The notes: generated from the letters alone by a model not told the origin. DNA of 64,000 nucleotides from Leptolyngbyaceae cyanobacterium (GCA_965263355.1 CBDHHL010000056.1:1504001-1568000), one strand, 5' to 3'. Positions 47,371 through 57,720 are shown, counted from the stretch's first letter. Translations and numbers: made by a program.

Positions 47371-50300
47371 ATAAGGCCATGTACCAGGCTGACCTACCCG
47401 AAATTGTTGCCCATAACCAAACGGCGCTAAACAATCTTAAACGAGCGCTTACCCTTGGCAGTGGGGAATTTTCATTAATCTTGGTGCGAGCCAACTATCA
47501 ACGATTGACTCAGTTATTGCTCAAGCAGCTAGCTCAAACCCAACAGTTTCATACAGTAGAACTCTCTGCCTTGAGCCGTTCTCTGCCAAAAGCAATTCGT
47601 CAAGCATCACTGACTGCTCCTCCCGTAGCCGTTATGGTCACTGGCTTTGAGCAGGTAACTGCATTAGACGTTTTGTTTAAGGCTGCCAATGTCAGTCGCA
47701 ATACCCTACTAGCTAAATTTCCCTATCCCGTAGTATTATGGATGACCGACACCGTACTACAAGATTTCACGTATTATGCTGCCGACCTTAAAAGTTTTGC
47801 AGCGGTGCCGATTCAAGTAGACTATCCGATCTTGGCTTTAAGGGAAGCCCTACATCGTTCAGCCAGTGAGCTATTTACCCATATCTTAGACAATCATAAT
47901 GATAATTTTCTAGACTACCTTACCCCTCAGTTGCCAAGTTTAAGCCAACACCTGAAAATTTTGACTGAGCAGGAGTTACCGTTTGCGATCGCAGACCTTA
48001 ACCAACACAATATTCCACTAGACGGAGCCCTACAAGCCAGCCTACATTTTCTCCAGGGACGCGAGGCCCACCACACCCCTGCACGCTGGGAAGTCGCTAG
48101 AGAGTATTACGAAGAAAGCTTAGATTACTGGTTACAAACTGATAAAACAGTTGAAGACACCAGTGATCAGCAAGCAGTTTTACTATTGCATCTGGGGCTA
48201 TGGTGGCAAAATCGTAGCAAAATCAAGCGCTCTACGGCTATCTCCTCTAGCCGACAAGCTCGGTACTTTTACAAACGTTTTCTGACTGTTCTGCGCCAAC
48301 AAAATCGAACAGACCGCATAGCCAATTTTATTCATATTCTGGCCGAAATCTTGCGCGAGCTAAAAGATTGGGATGCGCTTACAACAGTGGCTAACGAAGG
48401 GTTGAAGTTACATCAAACTGATGTGGTACGTCTGGCCCAAGACTATAGCTACTTAGCAGAGGCTGCACTAGCTAAGGCAAGCGGAGTGGACGCCGAACGA
48501 TTGGCAACCGCATCACTAACATTATTAGCCCCAGCCGTTGAAAGTACACAAGCATTAGGGAAAACCATTTCTAACACCGTGGATAGTCCAATGCTGACCG
48601 CCCAAATCTCTCCCCAGACTGCCGTGCTCGCATTACGCTACCGCCAGGGCCGATACTATTTTCTACGGGGACAAGCTAAAACGCTACAAGGCGATGACAT
48701 TCTTTTAGAGGAAGCCATAGAAGATTTAGAAAAGGCTCTTGATAGAACAGTTAAGCATCTATCTCCTTATCTTTATCTGGAGATTTTGGATAAGCTGCAA
48801 AGCTTATATTTTGCAAAAAAGCGTTATCGAGAAGCATTTAAAGTAAAACAGAAACAGCGGCAGTTAGAAAACTCCATGGGCTTGCGGGCATTTATTGGAG
48901 CTAGCCCCTTGCAACCCTATCAACATCCTTCTGCTCAGGATACCCATGGGATTGCCCCTCTGGAAATGCTTGCCTCTGGGCGGCAGCAAGCCATTGACAA
49001 TTTGGTAGATCGATTGATACAGCCTCAACATACCCTGTTAATTCTCCACGGACAGTCGGGTGTCGGCAAAAGTTCACTGCTTAGTAGTGGCCTTATCCCT
49101 AAACTCAAACAGGCCACCTCGGAAGGTCGCACCACACTCCCCCTATTTATCAAAAATTACACCAGTTGGGAAAGCTCAATCCTCCAGGCAATGCAGGAGG
49201 TTACCGCTTCTTTTCCCTCAGCCCCTCCTAACTTTCAAGTTTCATTTTCGATTACTGGGGAAAGTTTACTCAATGAGCTACAACAACATGCGCAGAATCA
49301 CTATCAACAAATTATTCTGATCTTTGACCAATTTGAAGAGTTTTTCTTTGAGCGTCCTAACGTTGATCAGCGACGATCTCTGTATTATTTTCTACGAGAC
49401 TGTCTTAATATTCCCTACCTTAAAGTTGTTTTATCCCTAAGGGATGACCACCTGCACTACTTAATGGAATGGGAACGAATGGCCGATCTTGATTTAGATA
49501 TCTTGAGTCAAGATGTACGCTACTATCTGGGCAATTTTACTCCCAAAGAATGTGAGGCTGTCATTCAGAAGCTTATAAATAATGCAACTAATGCTAAATT
49601 CTATCCAGACCAAGCCCTGATCAAAACTCTGGTTGAAGATCTAACCCTTGAAGATGACGAAGTACGACCAATTGAACTCCAGGTGGTCGGGGCCGAGTTG
49701 CAGCGCCAAAACATAACAACGCTCAAACAATATAGACAATTGGGTGACGATCCAATTCGAGCATTATTGCGCAGGTTCTTAAACCGGGTAATAGACGATT
49801 GTGGTCACGAAAACAGACCCCTAACCCGCACAACTCTATACTTACTGAGTGATGAGAGCACAACACGTCCCCTCAAAACCCGTACTGAGCTAGAAGACTC
49901 TTTAGAGTTACTAGTTGGGTTGGTAGATCCGGAACAGCTGAGTCTTGTATTAGAAATATTGGTGGGGTCTGGTCTTCTGTTTGAGAATCGTGAAATGGGA
50001 AGCAATATGCGCTATCAGCTTGCCCATGATTATTTAGCAGACCTGGTATTGGTAGACCTGGTAAAACAACAGGATATGCCCGATCTGATGACCAAGTTAC
50101 AGTTAGAGCAACGACAGCGAAAACAAACTGAAACGCAACTACGGATCGCCCTCCAAGAACAGGCCCTGGCCCTGGCCCAAGCCACTGAAGAACGTTACCG
50201 GGCCGAAACAGCTGAAATGCAGGCGTTAGCATCCGTCTCTCAAGCATTACTACTCTCCCATGATGGCTTAGGAGCCCTGCTAGAGGCCCTTAAAGGCGCA

Positions 50301-52253
50301 CAACAAAGTCAACTCACACCGATATCAAGCTATTTAGAAAATCAGATTTTATTTCGTCTGTGGCAGGCTCTCCACACGGTACGTGAAAAAAATCGAATCC
50401 AGGCCCACCAAGACTGGGTACTCTCTGCCCGTTTTAGCCCAGATGGTGAGTATCTGGCCTCCAGCAGTGATGATGGCACTGTGCATCTATGGAATTCTCA
50501 CGGCAAACTGCTACAGACCTTTACCGGACACCAGGGCAGTGTTTTAGATGTCGCCCTTAGCCAGGACAGCCATCTGATTGGTTCTGCTGGTGATGACTTT
50601 ACAGTGCGCCTATGGAATATGTCTGGCCAATGTTTGCATATTCTGACGGGGCATACTGGCTCGGTCAACAGTGTGGCGTTTAGCCCCACCGAAAAGCTAC
50701 TTGCATCGGCCAGCAATGACCACACCATTAGACTCTGGACCCATGATGGACAATGGCTAAAAACCCTGGAAGGCCATCTAGACTGGGTCAGATCCATCGC
50801 CTTTAGCCCGGATGGTCAGCATCTGGTCTCCGCCGCAGACGACTGGACCCTCTGTCTTTGGAATATAGAGGGTGAGCGCCTGCAGGCCATGGTCAGCCAT
50901 GCAGGTTGGGTATTGCAAGCTATCTTTAGCCCTGACGGGCAACATATTGCCTCCTGTGGCGACGATCATTTGATTAAGCTTTGGAACCTCAAGGGGGAGC
51001 TACTGCAATCGTTTGAGGGCCATCAGAACTGGGTAAGAGACCTCTGTTTTAGCCCCGATGGTAAGCATTTAATGTCAGCTAGTGATGATCAGAAGATTTA
51101 TGTGTGGGATCTCAATGGCAAACTGATGGACACCCTCAGGGGCCACCGCAGTAATATTCTTAGTTTGGACATTAACCCCCAGGGGACTCGGCTGGTCTCA
51201 GCTAGTGATGACAATACCATCCGGCTCTGGCAACTAGAACCACGTAGTGTGCCACGCTTGCAAGGGCATCACGGCATTGTTTGGGATGTATGCTGGCAAC
51301 CGAATGGTTCACAATTGGTATCGGCAGGCGCTGATCAGACACTGCGAATATGGTCTGCGGAGGTTGAAACCACCTGGCTGGTTAAAACTGTGGTAGGCCA
51401 CAATAGCAGCATCTATAGCGTTGACTGGAGTCCTGATGGCCAGGTAATCGCATCGGCCAGCGCTGATCACACGGTGAAGCTATGGACAGCAGATGGCCAA
51501 CCAGTACAGACAATCCAGGGACACCACAATGCAGTCTGGTCGGTTAAGTTTAGCCCCAATGGACAATATTTTGCATCAGCGGGGAGCGATCGCAACATTC
51601 GTCTCTGGCAGCTGGATGGCACTCCCATGGGGCAGCTAAGTGGCCATGAAGGGACCGTTTGGACCGTTGCCTTTAGCCCCGACGGTAGCTATTTAGTCTC
51701 GGGTAGCGAAGATGGCACCCTGCGCCAATGGAGCTTAGCAGGCTTAGAAACCGATGCCGACACCAACACCACCTTCCATCATCAAGCTGGAGCCGTTCTA
51801 CTAGGTCACACCGGCAGTGTCTGGGCAGTCGCCGTTGCCCCCGACGGTGAGACCATCGCCTCAGCAGGCAGCGACAAAACCGTTCGACTTTGGAAACAGG
51901 GTGAATTACTCCATAATTTGCGGGGTCACCACGACTGGGTACGCAGCGTCTGTTTTGGTCTTAAAGGTGATGTTGTCGCATCTGCTAGTGATGATGGCAC
52001 CATTCGTTTTTGGCACCTCTCAGGAGGTCAGCTGTTACACACATTGACAGGACACCGAGGGATTATCTGGCAAGGCACCTTTGACAGCACGGGTGAACGG
52101 TTAGCCTCCGCTGGAGCCGATGGCAAAATACGCCTCTGGAATTTACAACTGCAAGATCTTATGCGCCAAGGCTGTCAGTGGCTAGAAGATTATCTAACCT
52201 ATGGAGATTTGAGTGAAGCGGATCAGTTAATTTGTGAGGATTGGTGTGAATAG
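47367..52253 (+). CDS. Large degenerate-ATPase / TPR / STAND NTPase (nSTAND1-like) / 14x WD40 protein
   Basis: HGQSGVGKSSL, LIFDQFEEFF, PIELQVVG, YQLAHDYL; 14 WD40 repeats; overlaps the upstream stop by 4 bp. Confidence 0.9.
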   Translation: MNKAMYQADLPEIVAHNQTALNNLKRALTLGSGEFSLILVRANYQRLTQLLLKQLAQTQQFHTVELSALSRSLPKAIRQASLTAPPVAVMVTGFEQVTALDVLFKAANVSRNTLLAKFPYPVVLWMTDTVLQDFTYYAADLKSFAAVPIQVDYPILALREALHRSASELFTHILDNHNDNFLDYLTPQLPSLSQHLKILTEQELPFAIADLNQHNIPLDGALQASLHFLQGREAHHTPARWEVAREYYEESLDYWLQTDKTVEDTSDQQAVLLLHLGLWWQNRSKIKRSTAISSSRQARYFYKRFLTVLRQQNRTDRIANFIHILAEILRELKDWDALTTVANEGLKLHQTDVVRLAQDYSYLAEAALAKASGVDAERLATASLTLLAPAVESTQALGKTISNTVDSPMLTAQISPQTAVLALRYRQGRYYFLRGQAKTLQGDDILLEEAIEDLEKALDRTVKHLSPYLYLEILDKLQSLYFAKKRYREAFKVKQKQRQLENSMGLRAFIGASPLQPYQHPSAQDTHGIAPLEMLASGRQQAIDNLVDRLIQPQHTLLILHGQSGVGKSSLLSSGLIPKLKQATSEGRTTLPLFIKNYTSWESSILQAMQEVTASFPSAPPNFQVSFSITGESLLNELQQHAQNHYQQIILIFDQFEEFFFERPNVDQRRSLYYFLRDCLNIPYLKVVLSLRDDHLHYLMEWERMADLDLDILSQDVRYYLGNFTPKECEAVIQKLINNATNAKFYPDQALIKTLVEDLTLEDDEVRPIELQVVGAELQRQNITTLKQYRQLGDDPIRALLRRFLNRVIDDCGHENRPLTRTTLYLLSDESTTRPLKTRTELEDSLELLVGLVDPEQLSLVLEILVGSGLLFENREMGSNMRYQLAHDYLADLVLVDLVKQQDMPDLMTKLQLEQRQRKQTETQLRIALQEQALALAQATEERYRAETAEMQALASVSQALLLSHDGLGALLEALKGAQQSQLTPISSYLENQILFRLWQALHTVREKNRIQAHQDWVLSARFSPDGEYLASSSDDGTVHLWNSHGKLLQTFTGHQGSVLDVALSQDSHLIGSAGDDFTVRLWNMSGQCLHILTGHTGSVNSVAFSPTEKLLASASNDHTIRLWTHDGQWLKTLEGHLDWVRSIAFSPDGQHLVSAADDWTLCLWNIEGERLQAMVSHAGWVLQAIFSPDGQHIASCGDDHLIKLWNLKGELLQSFEGHQNWVRDLCFSPDGKHLMSASDDQKIYVWDLNGKLMDTLRGHRSNILSLDINPQGTRLVSASDDNTIRLWQLEPRSVPRLQGHHGIVWDVCWQPNGSQLVSAGADQTLRIWSAEVETTWLVKTVVGHNSSIYSVDWSPDGQVIASASADHTVKLWTADGQPVQTIQGHHNAVWSVKFSPNGQYFASAGSDRNIRLWQLDGTPMGQLSGHEGTVWTVAFSPDGSYLVSGSEDGTLRQWSLAGLETDADTNTTFHHQAGAVLLGHTGSVWAVAVAPDGETIASAGSDKTVRLWKQGELLHNLRGHHDWVRSVCFGLKGDVVASASDDGTIRFWHLSGGQLLHTLTGHRGIIWQGTFDSTGERLASAGADGKIRLWNLQLQDLMRQGCQWLEDYLTYGDLSEADQLICEDWCE

Positions 52254-54205
52254 GTAAGCCCATAACCATAGGGAAACAGCGGAGCACCGCCCTCATTACC
52301 ATCTTGGACTGGAGTAGCCGTAGCTGGCCAGGAGAATGAGAGTTTACCCTTAAAATCAAAATTAATCGCACCATCAGGTTTTCGAATCAGCACATCTGCG
52401 ATGCCACCACCTTCACTGCCTGGTAACCAGGCCGCCACAAATGCATCTGCCGCATTAATTTCAGGGGTTACCCACAGAGGACGACCGGATAGGAAAATTG
52501 CCACAGTTGGGATCCCAGCCGATTGAAACAACTGCAGTAATTGCAGCCCCTGTTCTGATGGAAAATCTAGATTTTCTATATCTCCCTCACCTTCAGCATA
52601 GGGATCTTCACCAAACACCACAACTGCCACATCAGGTTTCTGAGTGTAGCTACCGTCAGGACTTAAGATAGCGTTTCCCCCACCCCATTCAATTGCAGTA
52701 CGAATTCCAGCCCAAATAGAGACTCCATTTGGGAAATGGTCATTGGTATTGTCTGTACCTTGCCAAGATAGAGTCCAGCCACCACTTTGTTTACCAATAT
52801 CATGGGCACCGTCACCAGTCACCAGGACAGTTTGTTCTGTCTGCAGTGGCAAAAGATTATTTTGGTTTTTAAGTAACACCAAAGATTCTCGGACAGCCTG
52901 TCGAGCCACCATCCGGTGTTGAGGATGTCCCAATAACGAATAGTCTCCGGCCAAGGGGCGATCTGAAGGCCGAGGTTTGTCGAATAGTCCTAAGCGAAAC
53001 TTAACCCGCAAAATGCGACGCACGGCATCTTCGAGGCGACTACGGGAAATCTCTCCAGACTCCACTTGAGCCACCATATTTGTATGCAATTCACGCCAGC
53101 TAGACGATGTCATAAACATATCAATGCCGGCATTAAATGCTGTTGGGCAACTCGTTAAGGTACACCCCGGCAACTGAGCATGCCCGTCCCAGTCACCGAG
53201 GACAAAGCCATTAAAGCCCATACGATTTTTCAATACATCGGTTAGCAATGTCCGGTTACCATGCATTTTCTGTCCGTGCCAGGAGGAAAATGAACTCATC
53301 ACTGTCTGCACACCTGCTGCAATAGCCGACGTATAGCCTGCACCGTGGTCATTTCGAAGCTCAACTTCACTGGAGATATTATTGCCTTGGTCTTGTCCGC
53401 CTTCGGTGCCACCATCCCCAATGAAGTGTTTGGCAGTGGCGAGGATATTTCGGTGACTGAGAAAACTATCAGACCCTAGCTCTCCTTGGAGGCCCTCTAC
53501 AATCGCTTTGGCATAATCAGCCACAATCTCCGGATTTTCGGAATAACTTTCATAGGTGCGCCCCCAGCGACCATCACGGGCCACGGCCAATGTGGGCGCA
53601 AAAGTCCAATCCATGCCGCTGACAATAACTTCTCGGGCAGTCGCAGCCCCAATTTGGCGCACTAGCTCAGGATTACGAGTTGCACCTAGACCAATATTGT
53701 GGGGAAAAATCGTCGCGCCAACAATGTTACCGTGCCCATGCACTGCATCTGTCCCCCATAAGATGGGAATTTTTACACTGCCATCGCTTGCATCCATGGA
53801 TGCATCATAAAACTCATCGGCTAGCGCTAGCCATACTTCAGCCGGAGCACGATCGTCTTTTCCAGGTGCGCTATCCCCACCATTGAGGACTGCACCAAGG
53901 TGGTAGCGACGAATATCCTCCGGAGTCAGAGGTGGCGGTGCTCCTTCAAACGGCAGTCCAATGTCTGCCAGGATAGTTTGGCCTACCATTTCCTCAATGG
54001 TCATGGTTGCCATCAAAGCAGCAATTTGGGTTTCAATACCAGTATCTAAGGGAGCACCTCCGTTCGTAGTGGGCCAGTTTTCTGGAGTGATTGTTGAGAG
54101 TATTTCTTCTTCTTGAGCAGTAGTAGCCTGATAGCTTGTCATTGCAGAGAACCCGCCCAATATTGTTAGGCATAGCAACGGGCCAAAAACTATATTTACT
54201 TTCAT
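52223..54205 (-). CDS. Secreted GH3 beta-glucosidase / exo-glucanase
   Basis: Signal peptide; DAVHGH, WGRTYES, AKHFIGDG, VLGDW nucleophile, GEDPYAEG, AWLPGSEG. Confidence 0.93.
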   Translation of the reverse strand: MKVNIVFGPLLCLTILGGFSAMTSYQATTAQEEEILSTITPENWPTTNGGAPLDTGIETQIAALMATMTIEEMVGQTILADIGLPFEGAPPPLTPEDIRRYHLGAVLNGGDSAPGKDDRAPAEVWLALADEFYDASMDASDGSVKIPILWGTDAVHGHGNIVGATIFPHNIGLGATRNPELVRQIGAATAREVIVSGMDWTFAPTLAVARDGRWGRTYESYSENPEIVADYAKAIVEGLQGELGSDSFLSHRNILATAKHFIGDGGTEGGQDQGNNISSEVELRNDHGAGYTSAIAAGVQTVMSSFSSWHGQKMHGNRTLLTDVLKNRMGFNGFVLGDWDGHAQLPGCTLTSCPTAFNAGIDMFMTSSSWRELHTNMVAQVESGEISRSRLEDAVRRILRVKFRLGLFDKPRPSDRPLAGDYSLLGHPQHRMVARQAVRESLVLLKNQNNLLPLQTEQTVLVTGDGAHDIGKQSGGWTLSWQGTDNTNDHFPNGVSIWAGIRTAIEWGGGNAILSPDGSYTQKPDVAVVVFGEDPYAEGEGDIENLDFPSEQGLQLLQLFQSAGIPTVAIFLSGRPLWVTPEINAADAFVAAWLPGSEGGGIADVLIRKPDGAINFDFKGKLSFSWPATATPVQDGNEGGAPLFPYGYGLTYSHQSSQIN

Positions 54206-54329
54206 AAATGTTCTGATGTCCTACTCTACACAATCACTCAAAAATACGAGTATCAACTTCAGCCGGGAAATCCAAACCGGGTCAAAATTCGGAGTTCGTA
54301 AGTCAGAAGAGAGCCTGCATTCTGAACTC

Positions 54330-54356
54330 AACATTCCAAATTCTGAATTCTAGTTC
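54330..54356 (+). repeat. Degenerate heptamer tandem repeat (STRR-like)
   Basis: TTCTGAA ctcaaca TTCCAAA TTCTGAA TTC. Confidence 0.35.
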
Positions 54357-54411
54357 TTTTGTGAAAATCGCCCCGCTTTGTGCCGATATCCAGAGATACT
54401 TCTAATCGATT

Positions 54412-54484
54412 TAAACCTTGTCCACGTCCAGAACTGGAGTTTTTCCGTAGAAGAAGCTACAGGTTTCAACTTGGACATGGTTTA
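54412..54484 (-). mobile_element. 73-bp MITE-like element, copy D (best-preserved ends)
   Basis: TAAACCTTGTCCA...TGGACATGGTTTA terminal inverted repeats, palindrome extends to 54408-54488. Confidence 0.8.
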
Positions 54485-54723
54485 AATCAAGCATTTATTA
54501 ATCGTCCAATCCACTTATTCAGACGCCCTTATAACCTTTTATTGTTCCAAGATAATGAACGATCTGAATAGGCCTCTATAGTCAGACAGCAGCAGCTCGT
54601 AATTCGAAAACTCAATTTCCCTTGATTGCAATTGGTTACCCATTACTAAGGCTGAGCTTAAGGATTTACGTAACTTAGCTTTAGTAATGGTCATATAGAG
54701 ATTGACCTTTGACTAAGCTACCC

Positions 54724-57720
54724 ATGGTACAGATTTGGGGGGCACTCCTCATTTTTCTAATTTGTCCACTGTTAGGAGGCCTACCGCTGACAGGATGGTG
54801 GGTACAACTAACCACGGGAAAACGACTATCGCAGATCGGCACGGGTAATGTGGGTGTTTCAGCAGCGTTTTACCACGGGGGCACCGTAGTAGGTTTGGGA
54901 GCAGTTGCTCTGGAAGCCTTTAAGGGCATTGGTGCCGTGCTGTTGGCCCGTTACTTTTTCCCAGTGGATCCCATTTGGCCGGTGGTGGCCCTGATGGCTC
55001 TGGTAATGGGGCGCTACTGGCTCAGTCGGGGAGCAGGAGTGACTAATGTGAGCTGGGGGTTTCTGGTCTATGACCCCCTGGTGGCCTTACTGGGCTGGCT
55101 GCTGAGTTTGATTGCATTTACAGTACTGCGAGAGCGAAAACAGGGACGTATGTTTGCCTTAGTCTTATTGCCAGTTTTAACGGGTATGGTCCATAACGAC
55201 GGCATGCGTCTGGTGGCGGTGGCCTGTTTGATGGGGTTAATCGGCTGGATCTATCAGAAACTACCGGATGATTTGGAGCTACCAACCCAGGGCACGCGGA
55301 CTAAATCCCAGCGGTTATTTCGCTTTTTTCGAGGCGAGTCAGCCCTGCAGGCCCTAGACCAGGTACTAGACCCTGCTGTCGTCGGCAACAAAGCAGCTAC
55401 CTTGTCTCAAATCAAGGCCTGGGGCTATCCGGTCCCCATGGGCTACATTTTACAGGCTGGGGACGATCCGGCTGCTTTATTTGAGCTGTGTCAACCGTCG
55501 CCGCAACAACCATTAGTGGTCAGGTCTTCTGCCGTCGGAGAAGATGGACTGGGAGCATCTGCAGCTGGCCAGTATGTGTCGGTTACGGACGTGGTAAGTC
55601 AGGCTGGGTTGGAGGGAGCGATCGCAACTTGTTTCCAAGCCTACAATCGCCCCAGCGCAGTGCAATACCGTCAGGACCTGGGGCTAGCTAACGCCACCAT
55701 GAATGTTCTGGTACAGCAACAAATTCAGGGAGTCATCTCTGGTGTTGCCTTTAGCCGTGATCCCATCGCCCGCTGTGGCCATGATGTAGTGATTGAGGCC
55801 CTTCCCGGTCCAGCCAGTCAGGTTGTTTCCGGGCAAATAACACCTCAGCGGTACCATGTCACCATTCCCCCCGAGGATATGCAATCGGGAGACGATTGGC
55901 AGTTGTCTGATGCCGTTGATTTGCCTATTGAACCAAATGAGGAATCCTCCGCGAGGGTAGAGACGTTCCATGGCACATCTCTACCCTCAGCGAATCAATT
56001 AATCCCATCGCGCCTAATCCAACAAATTGCCTACCTGACCCGACAGCTTGAACAACGATTTGGCGATATTCCCCAGGATGTCGAATGGACCTACGATGGC
56101 AAACAAATTTGGGTATTACAAAGTCGGCCCATCACCACACTCATTCCACTTTGGACCCGAAAAATTGCCGCTGAAGTAATTCCCGGCGTTATTCATCCCC
56201 TCACCTGGTCCATTAACCAACCCCTCACCTGTGGTGTCTGGGGAGATCTCTTTACCCTGGTACTGGGCAACCGGACAACCGGGCTAGATTTCTCGCAAAC
56301 AGCGATGCTGCATCGTTCCCATGCCTATTTCAATGCCACCCTACTGGGGGAGATTTTTCTCCGCATGGGGCTACCTGCCGAAAGTTTAGAGTTTCTCACC
56401 CGAGGGGCAAAATTTAGCCGCCCTCCCCTGGCCGCCACATTGCGTAACTTGCCAGGTCTAATAAAGCTGGCAAGACAAGAATGGACCTTACCTCAGCAGT
56501 TTAACCAAGATTATAAAAAACACTTTCAACCTGGCTTAGAGTCACTGCAATCCCCCCATTCACTATCTCCTGAAGCCATTAAGCAACAGATAGAAACCAT
56601 CTTATCTCTGCTAAAAAAAGCCACGTTTTACAATATTCTTGGTCCCCTTAGCTTTGCCCTTCGCAAAGCGATTCTCAAGGTCGACAGTACCCAGCTCAAT
56701 TATCAATCTAATCCGGAAATTGCTGCAGTCGAAGCCCTTAAAACACTGGCACAACACCATAGTGATTTAGGCCAACAGCTGGAAACTATCCCTGACGACA
56801 ACGACGCATTTTTAGCTGCATTGGCTCAGCTGCCCAATAGTGCTCCGCTATTTGAACAACTTGATACATTTCTCTCGACCTATGGCTACCTGAGTGAAGT
56901 GGCCACTGATATTTCAGTCCCCACATGGCGTGAGCAACCAGCCCCTGTTAAAGCTCTCCTAGCTACTTACTTAAAGCAGCCATCTGCTTTAAGGCAGCCA
57001 TCTGCTCCCTCCCAAACCTCTAATCAAACAGATACTCAGTCAGGCTGGAAACCAGGTCAAGTGCAAGCGCGATTAGATCTAAAAGGCAACATTGCAGTGG
57101 TCTATAACCGTCTGTTGGCTGAGTTGAGAACCTGTTTTTTAGCCCTAGAGCAACATTATGTTGCAAATCAAAGTCTACAGCAAACGGGTGACATCTTTTT
57201 TCTCACCTGGCCTGAGATTAAGTCATGGAGCATGTCCTCAGATCTCACTATCTACAACGACGATACAACTAATCCTCCCTCTCAAATTGCTACCCGTCGC
57301 CAACAGCATCAGACCGACCACGATTGGACAGCGCCCTATTTAGCCTACGGCAAAGACCCCATCACCTTGTCTACCCCCCCTAGGACACCTCCACAAACTG
57401 GACGGCTGCTCACAGGTATTGGCGCAAGTCCGGGCACCCTAGAAGGCAATGTTCAGGTGCTGACCACCTTGGACACCACAGTGCCCATTAACCAAAACAC
57501 GATTTTGGTGGTGCCTTACACCGATGCGGGCTGGGCACCGTTGTTGGCCAACTTAGGGGGATTAATTGCCGAAGTCGGAGGACAGCTTTCCCATGGAGCC
57601 ATTGTGGCTCGGGAATACGGCATTCCAGCAGTAATGGATGTGGCCGATGTCACCCAGCGACTGCGTACGGGGCAACGCGTACGCATTGATGGTCAGCAGG
57701 GCACCGTTGAAATCCTGTAA
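54724..57720 (+). CDS. PlsY-like acyltransferase domain fused to a PEP-synthase/dikinase-like module (ATP-grasp, helical domain, phospho-His swivel)
   Basis: LGGLPLTGW, GTGNVG, EAFKG, RGAG; GNKAATL, VRSSA.GED, QDVEW, LQSRPIT; TDAGW, GGQLSHGAIVAREYGIPAV. Confidence 0.9.
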   Translation: MVQIWGALLIFLICPLLGGLPLTGWWVQLTTGKRLSQIGTGNVGVSAAFYHGGTVVGLGAVALEAFKGIGAVLLARYFFPVDPIWPVVALMALVMGRYWLSRGAGVTNVSWGFLVYDPLVALLGWLLSLIAFTVLRERKQGRMFALVLLPVLTGMVHNDGMRLVAVACLMGLIGWIYQKLPDDLELPTQGTRTKSQRLFRFFRGESALQALDQVLDPAVVGNKAATLSQIKAWGYPVPMGYILQAGDDPAALFELCQPSPQQPLVVRSSAVGEDGLGASAAGQYVSVTDVVSQAGLEGAIATCFQAYNRPSAVQYRQDLGLANATMNVLVQQQIQGVISGVAFSRDPIARCGHDVVIEALPGPASQVVSGQITPQRYHVTIPPEDMQSGDDWQLSDAVDLPIEPNEESSARVETFHGTSLPSANQLIPSRLIQQIAYLTRQLEQRFGDIPQDVEWTYDGKQIWVLQSRPITTLIPLWTRKIAAEVIPGVIHPLTWSINQPLTCGVWGDLFTLVLGNRTTGLDFSQTAMLHRSHAYFNATLLGEIFLRMGLPAESLEFLTRGAKFSRPPLAATLRNLPGLIKLARQEWTLPQQFNQDYKKHFQPGLESLQSPHSLSPEAIKQQIETILSLLKKATFYNILGPLSFALRKAILKVDSTQLNYQSNPEIAAVEALKTLAQHHSDLGQQLETIPDDNDAFLAALAQLPNSAPLFEQLDTFLSTYGYLSEVATDISVPTWREQPAPVKALLATYLKQPSALRQPSAPSQTSNQTDTQSGWKPGQVQARLDLKGNIAVVYNRLLAELRTCFLALEQHYVANQSLQQTGDIFFLTWPEIKSWSMSSDLTIYNDDTTNPPSQIATRRQQHQTDHDWTAPYLAYGKDPITLSTPPRTPPQTGRLLTGIGASPGTLEGNVQVLTTLDTTVPINQNTILVVPYTDAGWAPLLANLGGLIAEVGGQLSHGAIVAREYGIPAVMDVADVTQRLRTGQRVRIDGQQGTVEIL
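55957..55984. repeat. GTAG-type REP-like palindrome (family 1) read in-frame inside the CDS
   Basis: GTAGAGACGTTCCATGGCACATCTCTAC, translated as VETFHGTSL. Confidence 0.8.

Noticed and set aside
47367..52253. WD40 repeats as a DGR target or near-identical shuffling array
   Set aside because: Repeats look well diverged at DNA level; no reverse transcriptase or template repeat in the window
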